Part shown: in pieces, positions 27,063 through 39,711 of the stretch
Numbering within the stretch: position 1 is the stretch's first letter
Layout of the letters: each line of letters starts with the position of its first letter
Assembly: GCA_951406725.2 (NCBI GenBank)
Contig: OX597840.1
Span: 13,206,001-13,270,000 of the forward strand
Direction of reading: 5' to 3'
Origin: Octopus vulgaris
Taxonomy: Eukaryota
Length of the DNA stretch: 64,000 nt
Notes under the pieces: generated by a model
What the model was told of the DNA's origin: nothing
Databases searched by the model: none
What the model saw: the letters and a program-made list of their open reading frames with translations, nothing else
Made by a program: the position numbers and the translations under genes

Positions 27063-27620
27063 ATGCCCTGATGCAGTACCAGGCAGTGGTTCTCATGGCT
27101 GCTGATGTTAACTGATTGGAAGTGTTATCATGTACATTGTTTTGTCTTGGTATAAAAGATGGGCTACAGCAAATATTCTGCTCAATACCACAGATTTGCT
27201 TGTCAGTTGTTTGACCATAGCCAGTTGACCATGTTCCTTAGTGGCTGATGATATGTGCATCTCTGATCACGAGTAGAAGTAGTGGGGGAGCATCATAGCC
27301 GTATGTTGAGAGGAATTCTTTGGGGTTTGAATAATTCACCTCTGGAAACATGAGTGTTTCATTCAACATCCTTACACAACCCTTATTCAGGGACCTTTTG
27401 AACAGGATGGGTTACTCGATCTGAAGAAAATTCTAACTGGACCCCACCTGCAAGGTCGTGTGCTATTTATCTTGATATGAGATCACCATGTCATGCACAT
27501 ATGGTTGTGATGCATGTGCCTAGTGTACCCTTATCAGACGGGTAGTCATAATGGGTATACTGGGTTCCGTATATTTTACCCCAGTGTCACTTTGATGGCA
27601 TGCACTGCTCTCTCACTCAA
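27063..27620 (+). mobile_element. Full-length family D element between (TAA)n tracts
   Basis: Starts AATGCCCTGATGCAGTACC after (TAA)n and ends CTCTCACTCAA followed by TAATAGTAAT. Confidence 0.85.
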
Positions 27621-27927
27621 TAATAGTAATAACAATAGTTTCAAATTTAGGCACAAGGCTAGCAATTTCAGGGGAGGGAGTAAGTTGATTACATCAACCC
27701 CAATACTGAACCATTGTTATTATTATTATAATTATTATTATGGCAGAGTCATTCAGAATACAATTAATGATCTATCCAAGAGGACCCTAACATAACTGAT
27801 TTTGTAGATAAAACTCTAAAAGTACAATCCCTTGGACCCACCTCACCACTACTGATAAATTCATATTGAACTGGTACTTATTTTATCAACTTTCAAAAGG
27901 TAAAAATTACCCTCAGCATATATATAA

Positions 27928-28153
27928 GGCGGCGAGCTGGCAGAAACGTTAGCACACCGGGCGAAATGCGTAGCTGTATTTCGTCTGCCGTTACATTCTG
28001 AGTTCAAATTCCGCCGAGGTCGACTTTACCTTTCATCCTCTCGGGGTCGATTAAATAAGTGCCAGTTAAGTACTGGGGTCGATATAATCGACATAATCCG
28101 TTTGTCTGTCTTTGTTTGTCCCCTCTGTGTTTAGCTGCTTGTGGGTAATAAAG

Positions 28154-28157
<4 letters not shown>
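27928..28157 (+). mobile_element. SINE family B (Pol III-type head), representative full copy
   Basis: GGCGGCGAGCTGGCAGAA..GAGTTCAAATTCC (B-box). About 20 copies or fragments, e.g. 5289-5517, 25650-25860, 31144-31495, 46125-46570, 48393-48625 and 59298-59500 (+), and 5877-6109, 26320-26830 and 35370-35578 (-). Confidence 0.85.
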
Positions 28158-28203
<46 letters not shown>

Positions 28204-28220
28204 CACGTATGTGTGATGTA

Positions 28221-29262
28221 TATTGCGTCATCTCATAAATAATGTGGTTTTTTATACTTCTTTTATTTTTCAAAATTCAGATAAACAAAGTTCTTTTTTA
28301 ATCTAAAATATACTCTCCTTCATTTTCTACAATGCTCTTCCATCTTTCTAGTAGACTTGCAAGGCCCCTCTTCCAAAATTCACTTGTCCATGACAAAAAA
28401 TACTCCCCCATTACTGTTCTGACCTTGTCTTCAGAATTCAGATATTTCCCATCCAAGTGGTTTTGAAGACTGCAGAATAAATGATAATCAGATGGGGCAA
28501 TGTCCGGTAAATATGGTGGGTGGGGCATTGTTTCCTATTCAAACTGTTCCAACTTTTGGAATGTCATCCTCGCTGTATCTGGCCGAGCATTATCCTGATG
28601 CAGGAACACTTTTCATCTTGAAACTAAAGCTGGTCGTTTTTCTTTTAGCGCTGACTAAAGCTGCTCAAGCTACTTGCAGTAGATCTCTTTTGTTATCGTT
28701 TGGTTTGGGCTTAAAAGTTCGAAGTGGACTAAACCTTTCATAACCCACCAAACAGATAACACCTTACGTGGGTGCAGACCTTCTTTAGCCTGGGGTGCCT
28801 CTGTTTCTCCTTTTCTTGCCCACTGTCTTTGGCACTTGACATTTTTATAGAGAACCCATTTCTCATCAACAGTCACTATTCAGCCCCCAAAAGATTCATT
28901 TGTGAGACATGACAGCAAAGAAGAGCACACATTCACTCTCTGCATGCGATTAGACTCAGAAAGTTTGTGAGGGACCTATTGACCCGATTTGCTGAATTCT
29001 TCTGATGGCATGCAGCTTACACTTACTATTCCTTGCATTTACCATTGCATTGCTGCATTTATTGAACTCCTAAAGTAAAATATGCCAAATAAATAACTGT
29101 TAAAATTGAACTGCACTCTTCAAAACTTGCACTAAGAATAAGGACAAAGTAAAATTACTACCTGCTTTTATAGCAAGTTGATGCAGGTAGTTTATCCCAT
29201 CCCCCTCTAATTTTTAGTTCATGCAATTGTAAAAAACTGCATTATTTATGGAATGAGACAAT
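28221..29262 (-). mobile_element. Degenerate mariner transposon (DDD transposase pseudogene)
   Basis: TIRs ATTG..TCAT..CATAAATAATG. Motifs *VPHKL (from WVPHEL), VDEKWVLY, HQDNAR and HPPYLPDIAPSDYHLF, broken by stops and frameshifts. A solo TIR-like end lies at about 62665. Confidence 0.9.
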
Positions 29263-29413
29263 GTGTGTGTGTGTGTGTGTATGTGTGTGTGTGTGTGTGT
29301 AAGTTAATCTCTAAATATATGTTTTTTTTGCCTTGGCTTTTTCCTATATGTCAACATTAATTGCCTCCCTTTATCATTATTCTATTTCTTTCTGTTTTGT
29401 TATATATTTGCAG

Positions 29414-29616
29414 CTCTAGCTAACCATGTTAGGTCCAATTTTATCAGTCAAGCTTCAAGTGACTCTGAACTAGCCAAACATAAAACAAAAGGTTATGATG
29501 ACAGTATTGGCAATTTAATGGATGCCAAGAAAGACATAGACGGTGTTTTATCGACAACTAAACTTCTACCCAACGTTCAGAATATGAAACAAAATGTTAC
29601 AGAAAAATTAGGACTT
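29414..29616 (+). CDS. KCNH2: ERG/KCNH2-family exon (equivalent to hERG exon 5), phase 1-0; absent from the ORF track
   Basis: Acceptor tatttgcAG and donor ctt|GTAAGT. Open reading PLANHVRSNFISQASSDSELAKHK...VQNMKQNVTEKLGL (cf. hERG STSDSDL and HNVTEKVTQ). In frame with both neighbouring exons. Confidence 0.9.
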
Positions 29617-29873
29617 GTAAGTATATCAGGACATTTTCTCTTTTGTGTTTAATTTGGATGGATGTGTGTGGCATAGGGGGCAACTGTGTGTGTGTGACTA
29701 TTACATAATAATAATAATAATAATAATAATAATCCTTTCTACTATAGGCACAAGACTTGAAATTCTGGGGTATGGTGACATTACAGTGATCCCAGTGCTT
29801 GCCTGGTACTTATTTTCCCAACCCTAATATACACACATATGTGTGAGTATATATATACATACATACATATATG

Positions 29874-29919
<46 letters not shown>

Positions 29920-29998
29920 GGAGAATTCACAAAAAGCAAAAGACGAAAACTGGTGGTGTAGACAACAAACAGATGTATTCGTATAACATTCGGGGGTG

Positions 29999-30043
<45 letters not shown>

Positions 30044-31566
30044 CATACATACACATACATATTTATACATACATATATCATCATCATCATCGTTTAACAT
30101 CCATTTTCCATGCTAGCATGGGTTGGACGGTTCGACCAGGGTCTGGGAAGCCAGGAGGCTGCACCAGGCTCCAGTTTGATCTGGCAGTGTTTCTACAGCT
30201 GGATGCCCTTCCTAATGCCAACCACTCCGTGAGTGTAGTGGGTGCTTTTTACGTGCCAGGGGAAGCTGGCAGTAGCCACGATCGGTTGGTGCTTTTTACA
30301 TGCCACCAGCACGGAAGCCAGTCAAGGCAGCACTGGCATCGGCCACATTCTGATGGTGCTTTTTACGTGCCACCAGCACAGTTATCACAACTACAATTTC
30401 CATTTGATTTTTATCTTGATGTTGTTGTAGTTGACTCAATAGGTCTCCTAATATATATATATACATACACACTCACAGACATATATATGCTTCCCTCTCT
30501 CTCCCTATATATATATGTGTGTGTGTATACATGTATATGGGAAAAGTGATAGAAGTTAGATACACACATATGTGTGTGTGCCCATTACAAACAAATATGT
30601 GTGTATGTGTATGTATGCATGCACATATACATGTGTTAGTGTCTGATTATGTGTGTCAATGTGTGTTTGTGTATGGTTTTAGATAGACAGATAAACTGTT
30701 AGCTAAATATTAGGAAACAGAAGTTTACCATATTTTTCTCTTCACAAGCGAATACAAGTTGTAGGAAACATTCTATATTTATCAAAGAAATCTAAAGAAA
30801 AACACACAACGAGAACAACAATGCCAAAAAAAAAACCCAAAAAAAGAAGACCATTTCCAAAGCTTCCATAAGCCTTTCGGTGAAAATTGTTACATGTTTA
30901 CTTTCGGCATCCTCTTGCATTTTTGTTTGCCCTTGTTTTTTTTGTGTTTCTTTTCATTCTTGGTTTGGTTGTTTCTCATTGCTTGAACCAATATTCAAGA
31001 AACGACTCATGAGTGAATCTTAACAAACAAAGGAAAGAGAAAACTTTATCCAGTCAGGCTTTCTATTAGGACGGTCTCTGTGGCTTGTTTATCAATGGAA
31101 ATCATGGAATACAGTTTCTGATTCAATGATAATCTGTTGAAGAAGGCGGCGAGCTGCCAGAAACGTTAACATGCCAGGTGAAGTGATCAGCAGTATTTCG
31201 TCTGTCTTTATGTTCTGAGTTCAAATTCTGCTGAGGTCGACTTTGCCTTTCATCTTTTCAGGGTCGATAAATTAAGTACCAGTTGCATACTGGGGTTGAT
31301 CTAATCGACTGGCCCTGCCTCCCCAAAATTTTTAGGCCTAGAGTAGAAAAGAATCATTAGTACGCTGGACGAAATGCTTAGTGGTATCTTGCCCATCGCT
31401 ACATTCTGAGTTCAAATTCTGCCAAGGTTGACTTTGCCTTTCGTCCTTTTGGGGTCAATAAATTAAGTACCAGTTGCATACTGGGGGTCAATCTAATTAA
31501 TATCTGTACTTATATATGTGTGTGTATGTGTGTGTATGTATATGTATATATATATATATATATATA

Positions 31567-32319
31567 TACGAGCAAAACGCACCCCCGTCCAATGGACGGC
31601 GTTGAGTCGTCAAATATTTAAAACAAATTTTCTCAAAACATCTTGTCCGACCGTCCCATAGGCCTCCCCTTTTAGAAACACTGATTTAACCTAAATTTGA
31701 GACACCAGCAAAAGAAATAAAGACAGACTTTTTTTCTATTCCAAAGAAAAACGATTTTATTCACACAAATATGCAACCAAAGAGTTTAAAGTACCAGTAA
31801 TGATAAGGCTGTTGACTGGGAGAACACAAACATGGTTTAAACAGTTCTTAAAAAATAATTAAGCATGCCTTTATTTCAATAAAATTTTTGGTTTTGTTAA
31901 ACGAAGTTAAGGCAAAAAAATACTTCTTGAGAAACCAAATAGTCTTTCCTTCCTTTATGCGAAGTTTGAAGAAAATATCTCTTTTGCATCTTACTTTTTT
32001 GGTCTCTTAATTATACTGCATTTTGTGGCATTATTTCAAGCTGGCCGGCTTGTTTTGCGCGAACTGCACGTGCATTTTTCTCGTGTACATCTAGTATCGA
32101 TCGTAACAGCTAATGGACTTGTGCATACAAATGCATGTTCCCACGGCTTTATCGATTGCATTCTCACCTGGAATTGATTTTTGCAATTTTTTCAAGACTT
32201 ATACAGTCCCTGATACTGTCAGTATCTACATATCAAATTTGAGCGCAATCAGATGGAGGATGCCCGAGATCCTAGAAGACACACACACAGACAGACAGAA
32301 CAGATTTTATTTAACAGAT
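31567..32319 (-). mobile_element. Possible Helitron-like non-autonomous element
   Basis: Similar 5' end (ATCTG..CTGTCTGTCTGTGTG on minus) and a subterminal hairpin CCGTCCA.TGGACGG. The 3' end reads CTCG rather than the canonical CTRR. Confidence 0.4.
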
Positions 32320-33412
32320 ATGTATGTGTGTGTGTATGTATATACATACATATATATATATATATATGTATAATATGTGTGTGTATACATATATATAATG
32401 CATGCTTCTTTGAGTTTCCATTGACCATATCCACTCACAAGGTTTTGGTTGGTCCAGGGCTATATTACGAAACACTTACCCCAGGTGCCATGCAGTGGAA
32501 CTGAACATGAAGCCATGTGATTGGGAAGCGAGCATCTTAATCACCCACCCATGCCTGCTCTTGAATAACTGTTGTACACCATGGGGTAATATCTAGTACC
32601 ACTGATTTTTATCAGGCGGAGGTATTATCCACAGTAGTGTCTCTCTGTTGAAGTTATTGGTAGTGTCTCTACAGCCTTAGAGTGCCACAAAACCCAAGCA
32701 CACCAATTTTTATTGGGATATCTGAGCAGAATAGACCCACCTTCCCACTTAAAGAATGTGATAACACTCAAACCTATTCAAACCGGTCTTTCAATTCACT
32801 TACACTCCAGCACTTTAACCACATAGCCAATGGAATGTAGAAATAATACTTATAATAGAATCACATTAGGGGAAAATAATTTTACGGGATTTGATTCTGT
32901 GAATGGCAGAGAAGATAACTTTATAGAAGCTCTTGTAATTGGCTAAGAATACAATCATATTTTACTTCGGCATTGGAATTCATTTCAAATGAATGGATTC
33001 GGTGGAAGAATAATTATTGATGATTCCAAATAACTGGGAAGGATTCACTGGATTCAATACAGTATGACTTTTATGGAATACTTTATCCTCATTTCAAACC
33101 TGGCTAATTTCCAGAGTTGTTTTTATGCAGCTTACGGCTTGTTTCTTCTTAAAAGGATTCACTACTGTGTTCTGATGCAACAGAATGTGTGAGCAAGCCA
33201 ATGAATGTGTGCTGCTGGTGGTGGTGGTGGTGGCAGTGGGGCAATAATAATGCGTATATTAAACGCAATGCAAACAGCGGTATTCTTCACGCACAAAAGC
33301 TATACATTGGCTTTTATATTCTCAAGAATCACAGGAAATGGTTGACAAATTTCGGTATTGATGGAAACTCAATGTTTGAAACGTGATTCCTGTGTTTATT
33401 ATGGTTAGAAGC

Positions 33413-33414
<2 letters not shown>

Positions 33415-33453
<39 letters not shown>

Positions 33454-34070
33454 TAGATATATATATGTTTGTATGTGTGTGTGTATATATATATATGTTT
33501 GTGTGTGTGTGTATATATATGTGTTTGTGTGTGTGTGTGTGTATATATATATGTTTGTGTGTGTGTGTATATATATGTGTTTGTGTGAGTGTGTGTGTAT
33601 ATATATATGTTTGTGTGTGTGTGTGTATATATATGTTTGTATGTGTGTGTGTGTATATATATGTTTGTATGTGTGTGTGTATATATATGTTTGTATGTGT
33701 GTATGTATATATATGTTTGTGTGTGTGTATGTATATATATGTTTGTATGTGTGTGTATATATATATTTGTGTGTGTGTGTGTATACATGTTTGTATGTGT
33801 GTGTGTATATATATGTTTGTGTGTGGGTGTATATATATATGTTTGTATGTGTGTGTGTATATATATATGTTTGTATGTGTGTGTGTGTGTATATGTTGTA
33901 TGTATGTGTGTGTGTATATGTTTGTAGGTGTGTGTCTGTATATATGTTTGTATGTGTGTGTCTGTGTATATATGTCTATGTGCGTATATATGTTTGTCTG
34001 TGTGTGTATGCATATTCATATCTGTATGGGTGTGTGTATTTATATGTATGGGTGTGTGTGTGTATATATT
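33415..34070. repeat. Compound (TG)n/(TA)n microsatellite
   Basis: Direct inspection. Similar tracts at 7590-7950, 23520-23780 and many shorter sites. Confidence 0.95.
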
Positions 34071-35584
34071 TTGGGGTTTTTATTTATTTTTACCTGGATT
34101 TATTATATTGGGCTGTGGCCATGCTTGGGCACCACCTCCAATAGTTTTTCTTTACCTATTTCTGTGTAGCACTTAATTCTGTCAACCTCGTTTTATTAAA
34201 TGGCTAATTTTTTCCCTTGATATAAAAGGACCACAACTCAATGTGCTGTTTTATGCTGGTATAAACACAAACACACGGGTTTGTGTGTGTGTGTGTGTGC
34301 GTATATATGTGTGTCATGTTGGATTCTCTCGTTGAAAACAACAAAATGAGTGTTTCATAAAAAAATTTAAAAAACCCAGATGTTATGTTCTATGGACAAG
34401 TGTGAGTCTGTTAAGGCCTGATGGTGCCTTGCAAACCATTTTGGCAAATGGAAGAAGTTGTGGACGCGGTTTGCTGGAGTTCATGTGGATCAACTGCTAC
34501 ATGTTTTCTTGAGTGGACCGCAAGGCCTGCTTTGCTCCATGTCATGAAACCACAACAAGTAAAGTATTTAGGCACAAGGTGTAGTGGTTAGGATGTTGCA
34601 CTTCCAATTGTGAGATCATGGTTTCAATTCCTAGCCTGGGTGGTGTGTTGTGTTCTTGAGCAAATGTCTTCTAGTATAGCTTTGGGCTAACCAGAGCCTT
34701 ATGAATGAATTTGGTAAATGGAAACTGAAAGAAGCCTGTCATAGTTTGTATGTACATATTTATGTGTGTGTTTTGTGTCTGTATTTGTTCCCTGCAACTG
34801 CTTGAGAAATGGCAGTCAAGAGACTTATAGAGTGAGTATTAGGCTAAAAAATACAAGTCCTGGGGTTGATTTGTTTGAGTTAAGAACCCTTCAAGGCAGT
34901 GCCCCAGCATGGCCGCAGTCTAAATGACTGCAGCAAGGGAGAAGATAAAAAGATTTAAAAAAGACGTGTGTTTGGGGGGGGGGGCTATCCAGGGAAATAC
35001 TATTATCAACGGTGTGTAAATATATAACCCCTTCATTTGTGCCTAGTTTGATAAGTGCCGACCATGAAACTCTCAGCCCTTGAGTCACTCTGCTAACTTC
35101 TTGTGACTATTAATACACACATACATATGTATATACATACACACACGCACACATATTCGTACATACATACACACACATACACACGTAAGTACAGACATGC
35201 ATACAATCTCACACACATACATATATATACACACACACATACATACATACACATACATACATATATATATACACATATACATATACATACACATAGATAC
35301 ATACATACTTAAGTGCCAACATGCGAAACACTTGGACCATGAGTCGCTTTGTTACTTCTATGAAATATTCTTTTCTACTCTAGGCACAAGGCCCGAAATT
35401 TTTAGGGAGGGGGGGCAGTCGATTAGATCGACCCCAGTGCGCAACTGGTACTTAATTTATTTACTCTGAAAGGATGAAAGGCAAAGTCGACCTTGGTGGA
35501 ATTTGAACTCAGAACATAAAGACGGATAAAATACCACTAAGCATTTTGCCCGGTGTGCTAACGCTTCTGCCAGCTCACTAAATC

Positions 35585-35966
35585 TGGAAGCACTCCGTCG
35601 GTTACGACGACGAGGGTTCCGGTTGATCCGAATCAACGGAACAGCCTGCTCGTGAAATTAACGTGTAAGTGGCTGAGCACTCCACAGACACGTGTACCCT
35701 TCACGTAGTTCTCGGGGATATTCAGCGTGACACAGAGAGTGACAAGGCTGGCCCTTTGAAATACAGGTACAACAGAAACAGGAAGTAAGAGTGAGAGAAA
35801 GTTGTGGTGAAAGAGTACAGCAGGGATCACCACCATCCCCTGCCGGATCCTCGTGGAACTTTAGGTGTTTTCGCTCAATAAACACTCACAACGCCCGGTC
35901 TGGGAATCGAAACCGCGATCCTATGACCGCGAGTCCGCTACCCTAACCACTGGGCCATTGCGCCTC
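35585..35966 (-). mobile_element. tRNA-derived SINE family E, well-preserved CpG-rich copy
   Basis: Minus strand reads GGCGCAATGGCCCAGTGGTTAGGG (A-box) and GTTTCGATTCCC (B-box). A second copy lies at 63785-64000, and the 3' part is triplicated at 17220-17600. Confidence 0.8.
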
Positions 35967-36170
35967 CACAACTCACTAAATATTCACAAATATTAATAAA
36001 AATATACATATGCTCATATTTTGAGTTTTATTTTTCCTATTTGCATCAACACACACACACACACACACACATATATGAGTGAATGAACAAATAACAGAAG
36101 AGTACTCAATACATTTATTGGGTGTTACATGTAGGGATCAAAAAAGTTTTGATTCATGCATAAGAATATA

Positions 36171-36226
<56 letters not shown>

Positions 36227-36639
36227 CGCAGGAGTGGCTGTGTGGTAAGTAGCTTTCATACCAACCTCATGGTTCTGGGTTCATTTCCACTGTGTGGCAC
36301 CTTGGGCAAGTGTCTTCTACTATAGCCTCGGGCCGACCAAAGTCTTGTGAGTGGATTTGGTAGACGGAAACTGAAAGAAGCCCGCCATATATATGTATAT
36401 ATATATATATGTGTATGTGTGTATGTGTTAGTGTGTCTGTGTTTGTTCCCCCACATCACTTGACAACCGATGCTGGTGTGTTTATGTCCCCGTAACTTAG
36501 CGGTTCGGCAAAAAGAAAACGATAGAATAAGTATGAGGCTTATAAAGAATAAGTCCGGTGGTCGATTTGCTTGACTAAAGGCGGTGCTCCAGCATGGCCA
36601 CAGTCAAATGACTGAAATGAGTAAAAGTAAGTAAGTAAA

Positions 36640-36679
<40 letters not shown>

Positions 36680-36728
36680 GTGTGTGTGTGTATGTATATA
36701 TATATATATATATACGTGTGTGTGTGTG

Positions 36729-36781
<53 letters not shown>

Positions 36782-36845
36782 TGGTAAAACGGTAAGATAA
36801 CAAAAGAAAGAAAGAGACCTCAATATTATGTAAATAGAGGAAATT

Positions 36846-37082
36846 TATCTGTAAAATAATATGTTACAATTACTCAATAGTCAAGATAAAACTCTGAGTT
36901 TCAGATGCTGAGGTGGAAATCCACACCACCGTCTCTTCGGTTATCTGGCAGCTGAAAAATGCTATCTTTTTTCAGATGGCCAGATAACCGAAGAGATGGT
37001 GTTGTGGATTTCCACTTCGGCATCTGAAACTCAGAGTTTTTATCTTGGCTATTGAATAATTGTAACATATTATTTTATAGAT
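36846..37082. repeat. ~235-bp fold-back palindrome within TA microsatellite, with a hammerhead-like motif on each arm
   Basis: Arms 36846-36958 and 36968-37082 are near-perfect reverse complements. Confidence 0.85.
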
Positions 37083-37083
37083 A

Positions 37084-37123
<40 letters not shown>

Positions 37124-37230
37124 TAGGTCCCGGGTTGAGTCGGGGTTAACCACAGTAAATCAGGTACTCAATACATGTCAGAGTAAAATTAATTTATTTT
37201 ATAGAAGGAACTTCTACAGGACTAGAACTG

Positions 37231-37302
<72 letters not shown>

Positions 37303-37447
37303 GCAAAATTATCAATTTATGATCAGTTATGCTCTCTCTCTCACAAACATACAAACAAATATATATTATGGATTACATCATTCTCATCTGCTTGTATGTG
37401 TGTCTGTATAAAGATCTAGATAGATAAGCACATAGATTTGTGTGTAC

Positions 37448-37506
<59 letters not shown>

Positions 37507-37759
37507 TATATCTACATACTTTGTTTCCATTTTAATGATTATACTAAAATGTTTGTGACTATAAATATGCTGGTTATTAGAATTTCTCAAATGTGTCTTC
37601 AGGGTTGGTAGTGCCAGAGATTCCATTGCAAGAATATAAGCTGAAAAAAAAAAAGATTTAAAACTATTTTTAGAAACATTTGAAAAAATCTCCTTCTATG
37701 TTCTTTTGTGAAGCAAGTCTTCTGTTTATTGCAATTACATCACTGTTCATTTTGTCTCT

Positions 37760-38064
37760 CTGTCTGTTTGTCCCTCTATCCATCCATTTATCCTTCATTC
37801 CATCTGTCTGTCCATCCATTTATGTTTCTAGTTATCCACTTGTCTATTTATCTCTCTCTCTCTCTCTCTTTATCTATTTATTTATATTCATCTATCTGTC
37901 TGTCTATCTCTCTTTCCATCTATCTATTTATCTCTCTCTCCCTCTGTCTGTCTGTCTCTTTCAATCTTTCTATCTCTCTACGTATCTAACTATCTCTCTG
38001 TCTATCTGACTATCTTTCTGTCTATCTGTCTGTCCAGCTATCCACTTCTCTATCTGTCTGTCTG

Positions 38065-38110
<46 letters not shown>

Positions 38111-38347
38111 GTCTGTCTGTCTGTCTATCTGACTATCTATCTATCTATCTGTCTGTCTGTCTATCAATAAATTAAGTACCAGTTATGTACTGTGGTCGAT
38201 GTAATCGACTTAATCCGTTTGTCCTTGTTTGTCCCCTCTGTATTTAGCCCCTTATGAGTAGTAAAGAAATCTATCTATCTATCTTCCCATCTATCTGTCT
38301 ATCACTCTGTCTAATGTATTTGGTCAATCTGTCCTGTCTGCCTACCT

Positions 38348-38394
<47 letters not shown>

Positions 38395-38640
38395 ATCTGT
38401 CTGTCTCTTTTTTCATCTATCTCTCTGTTTCTCTGTGTATCTATGTATCTGACCATCCATTCCGCCCCCTATCCGTCACTCTATCCATCCACCCCACATT
38501 CTGTCCCTTCTGTTCATGTCTATGCCTGTCTATCCATATATCCATTTTGCCTACCTATCTACCTTTCCATCTGTCCTTCCTTCTCTCTCTCTATGTATCT
38601 GTCTGTTTGTCTATCTGCTTCCTTCATTCTTTCTTTTTCC
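37760..38640. repeat. (TCTA/TCTG/TC)n pyrimidine-rich tract
   Basis: Direct inspection. The complementary (GATA/GACA)n tract occurs at 1650-2130. Confidence 0.9.
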
Positions 38641-38726
38641 TTTCTTTCACATCATATATATTGTAATGTATTGTAATATATGTCTACCCCAGTATGTATA
38701 TATTGTATGCATGTTTGTAGCCATTT

Positions 38727-38786
38727 GGGTCTGACGAGTTGCCTATGCAGCTAAGTGCTTTATAGGTGTGAAACCAATGGTCACTC
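38727..38786 (+). ncRNA. Minimal type-I hammerhead ribozyme-like motif
   Basis: GGGT-CTGACGA-stem II (CCTAT/ATAGG)-GAAA-CC aat GG-TC|ACTC. Predicted cleavage after C38782. Confidence 0.55.
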
Positions 38787-39218
38787 TCTGACCAGTCATA
38801 ACAATCAATCCTCTAAATATATATGTATGTATATGTATATATGTACATGTATGTATATGTATGTATATAACTTTGATAGGTTTCTGCCAGTATAGGCCCA
38901 GGCCATGTCTAACTCAATAGCACCATATATGTATGTATATGTATTTTTGTGTATCTGTGTGTATGTATGTGTATGTGTATGTATATATATATATGTGTAT
39001 GTGTGTGTGTGTGTGCGTATATATATATATATCATCATCATCATCATCATTGTTTAACGTCCGCTTTCCATGCTAGCATGGGTTGGACGGTTCAACTGGG
39101 GTCTGGGGAGCCCGAAGGCTGCACCAGGCCAGTCAGATCTGGCAGTGTTTCTACAGCTGGATGCCCTTCCTAACGCCAACCACTCCGAGAGTGTAGTGGG
39201 TGATTTTATGTGCCACCG

Positions 39219-39262
<44 letters not shown>

Positions 39263-39711
39263 GTGGAGAACCAGATCAGATTGGAGTCTGGTTCACCAGA
39301 CCTCAGTCAAATCGTCCAACACATGCTAGCATGGAAAGCGGACGTTGAACGATGATGATGATATATGTATGAAGGTGTGTGGTCTAATGGTCGACCTCGG
39401 CGGAATTTGAACTCAGAACGTAGCGACAGATGAAATACCGCTAAGCATTTCGCATATCATACTAACGTTTCTGCCAGCTTGCAGCTTTATACATATACAT
39501 ATATATTTACATATGCACACACACACATATATATATATATATATTTACATATGCATACACTCACACACACATATATATATATATATAACATATACACACA
39601 TCAGAGATGTCTTTTCGTCATGTCTTATGTACCAAGACATTTTGTTTTTGTTTTTTTTCTCTCAATATATATCGCATATTAAATTTCGATATTTTCTCTT
39701 TGTTCTTTTAG

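Noticed and set aside
33383-34176. Cys/Val/Tyr-rich ORFs up to 253 aa (also 7553-8135, 23470-23921)
   Set aside because: TG/TA microsatellite artefacts.
35890-35966. tRNA gene
   Set aside because: A and B boxes are present but the acceptor stem is poor, and it continues into a repeated SINE body.
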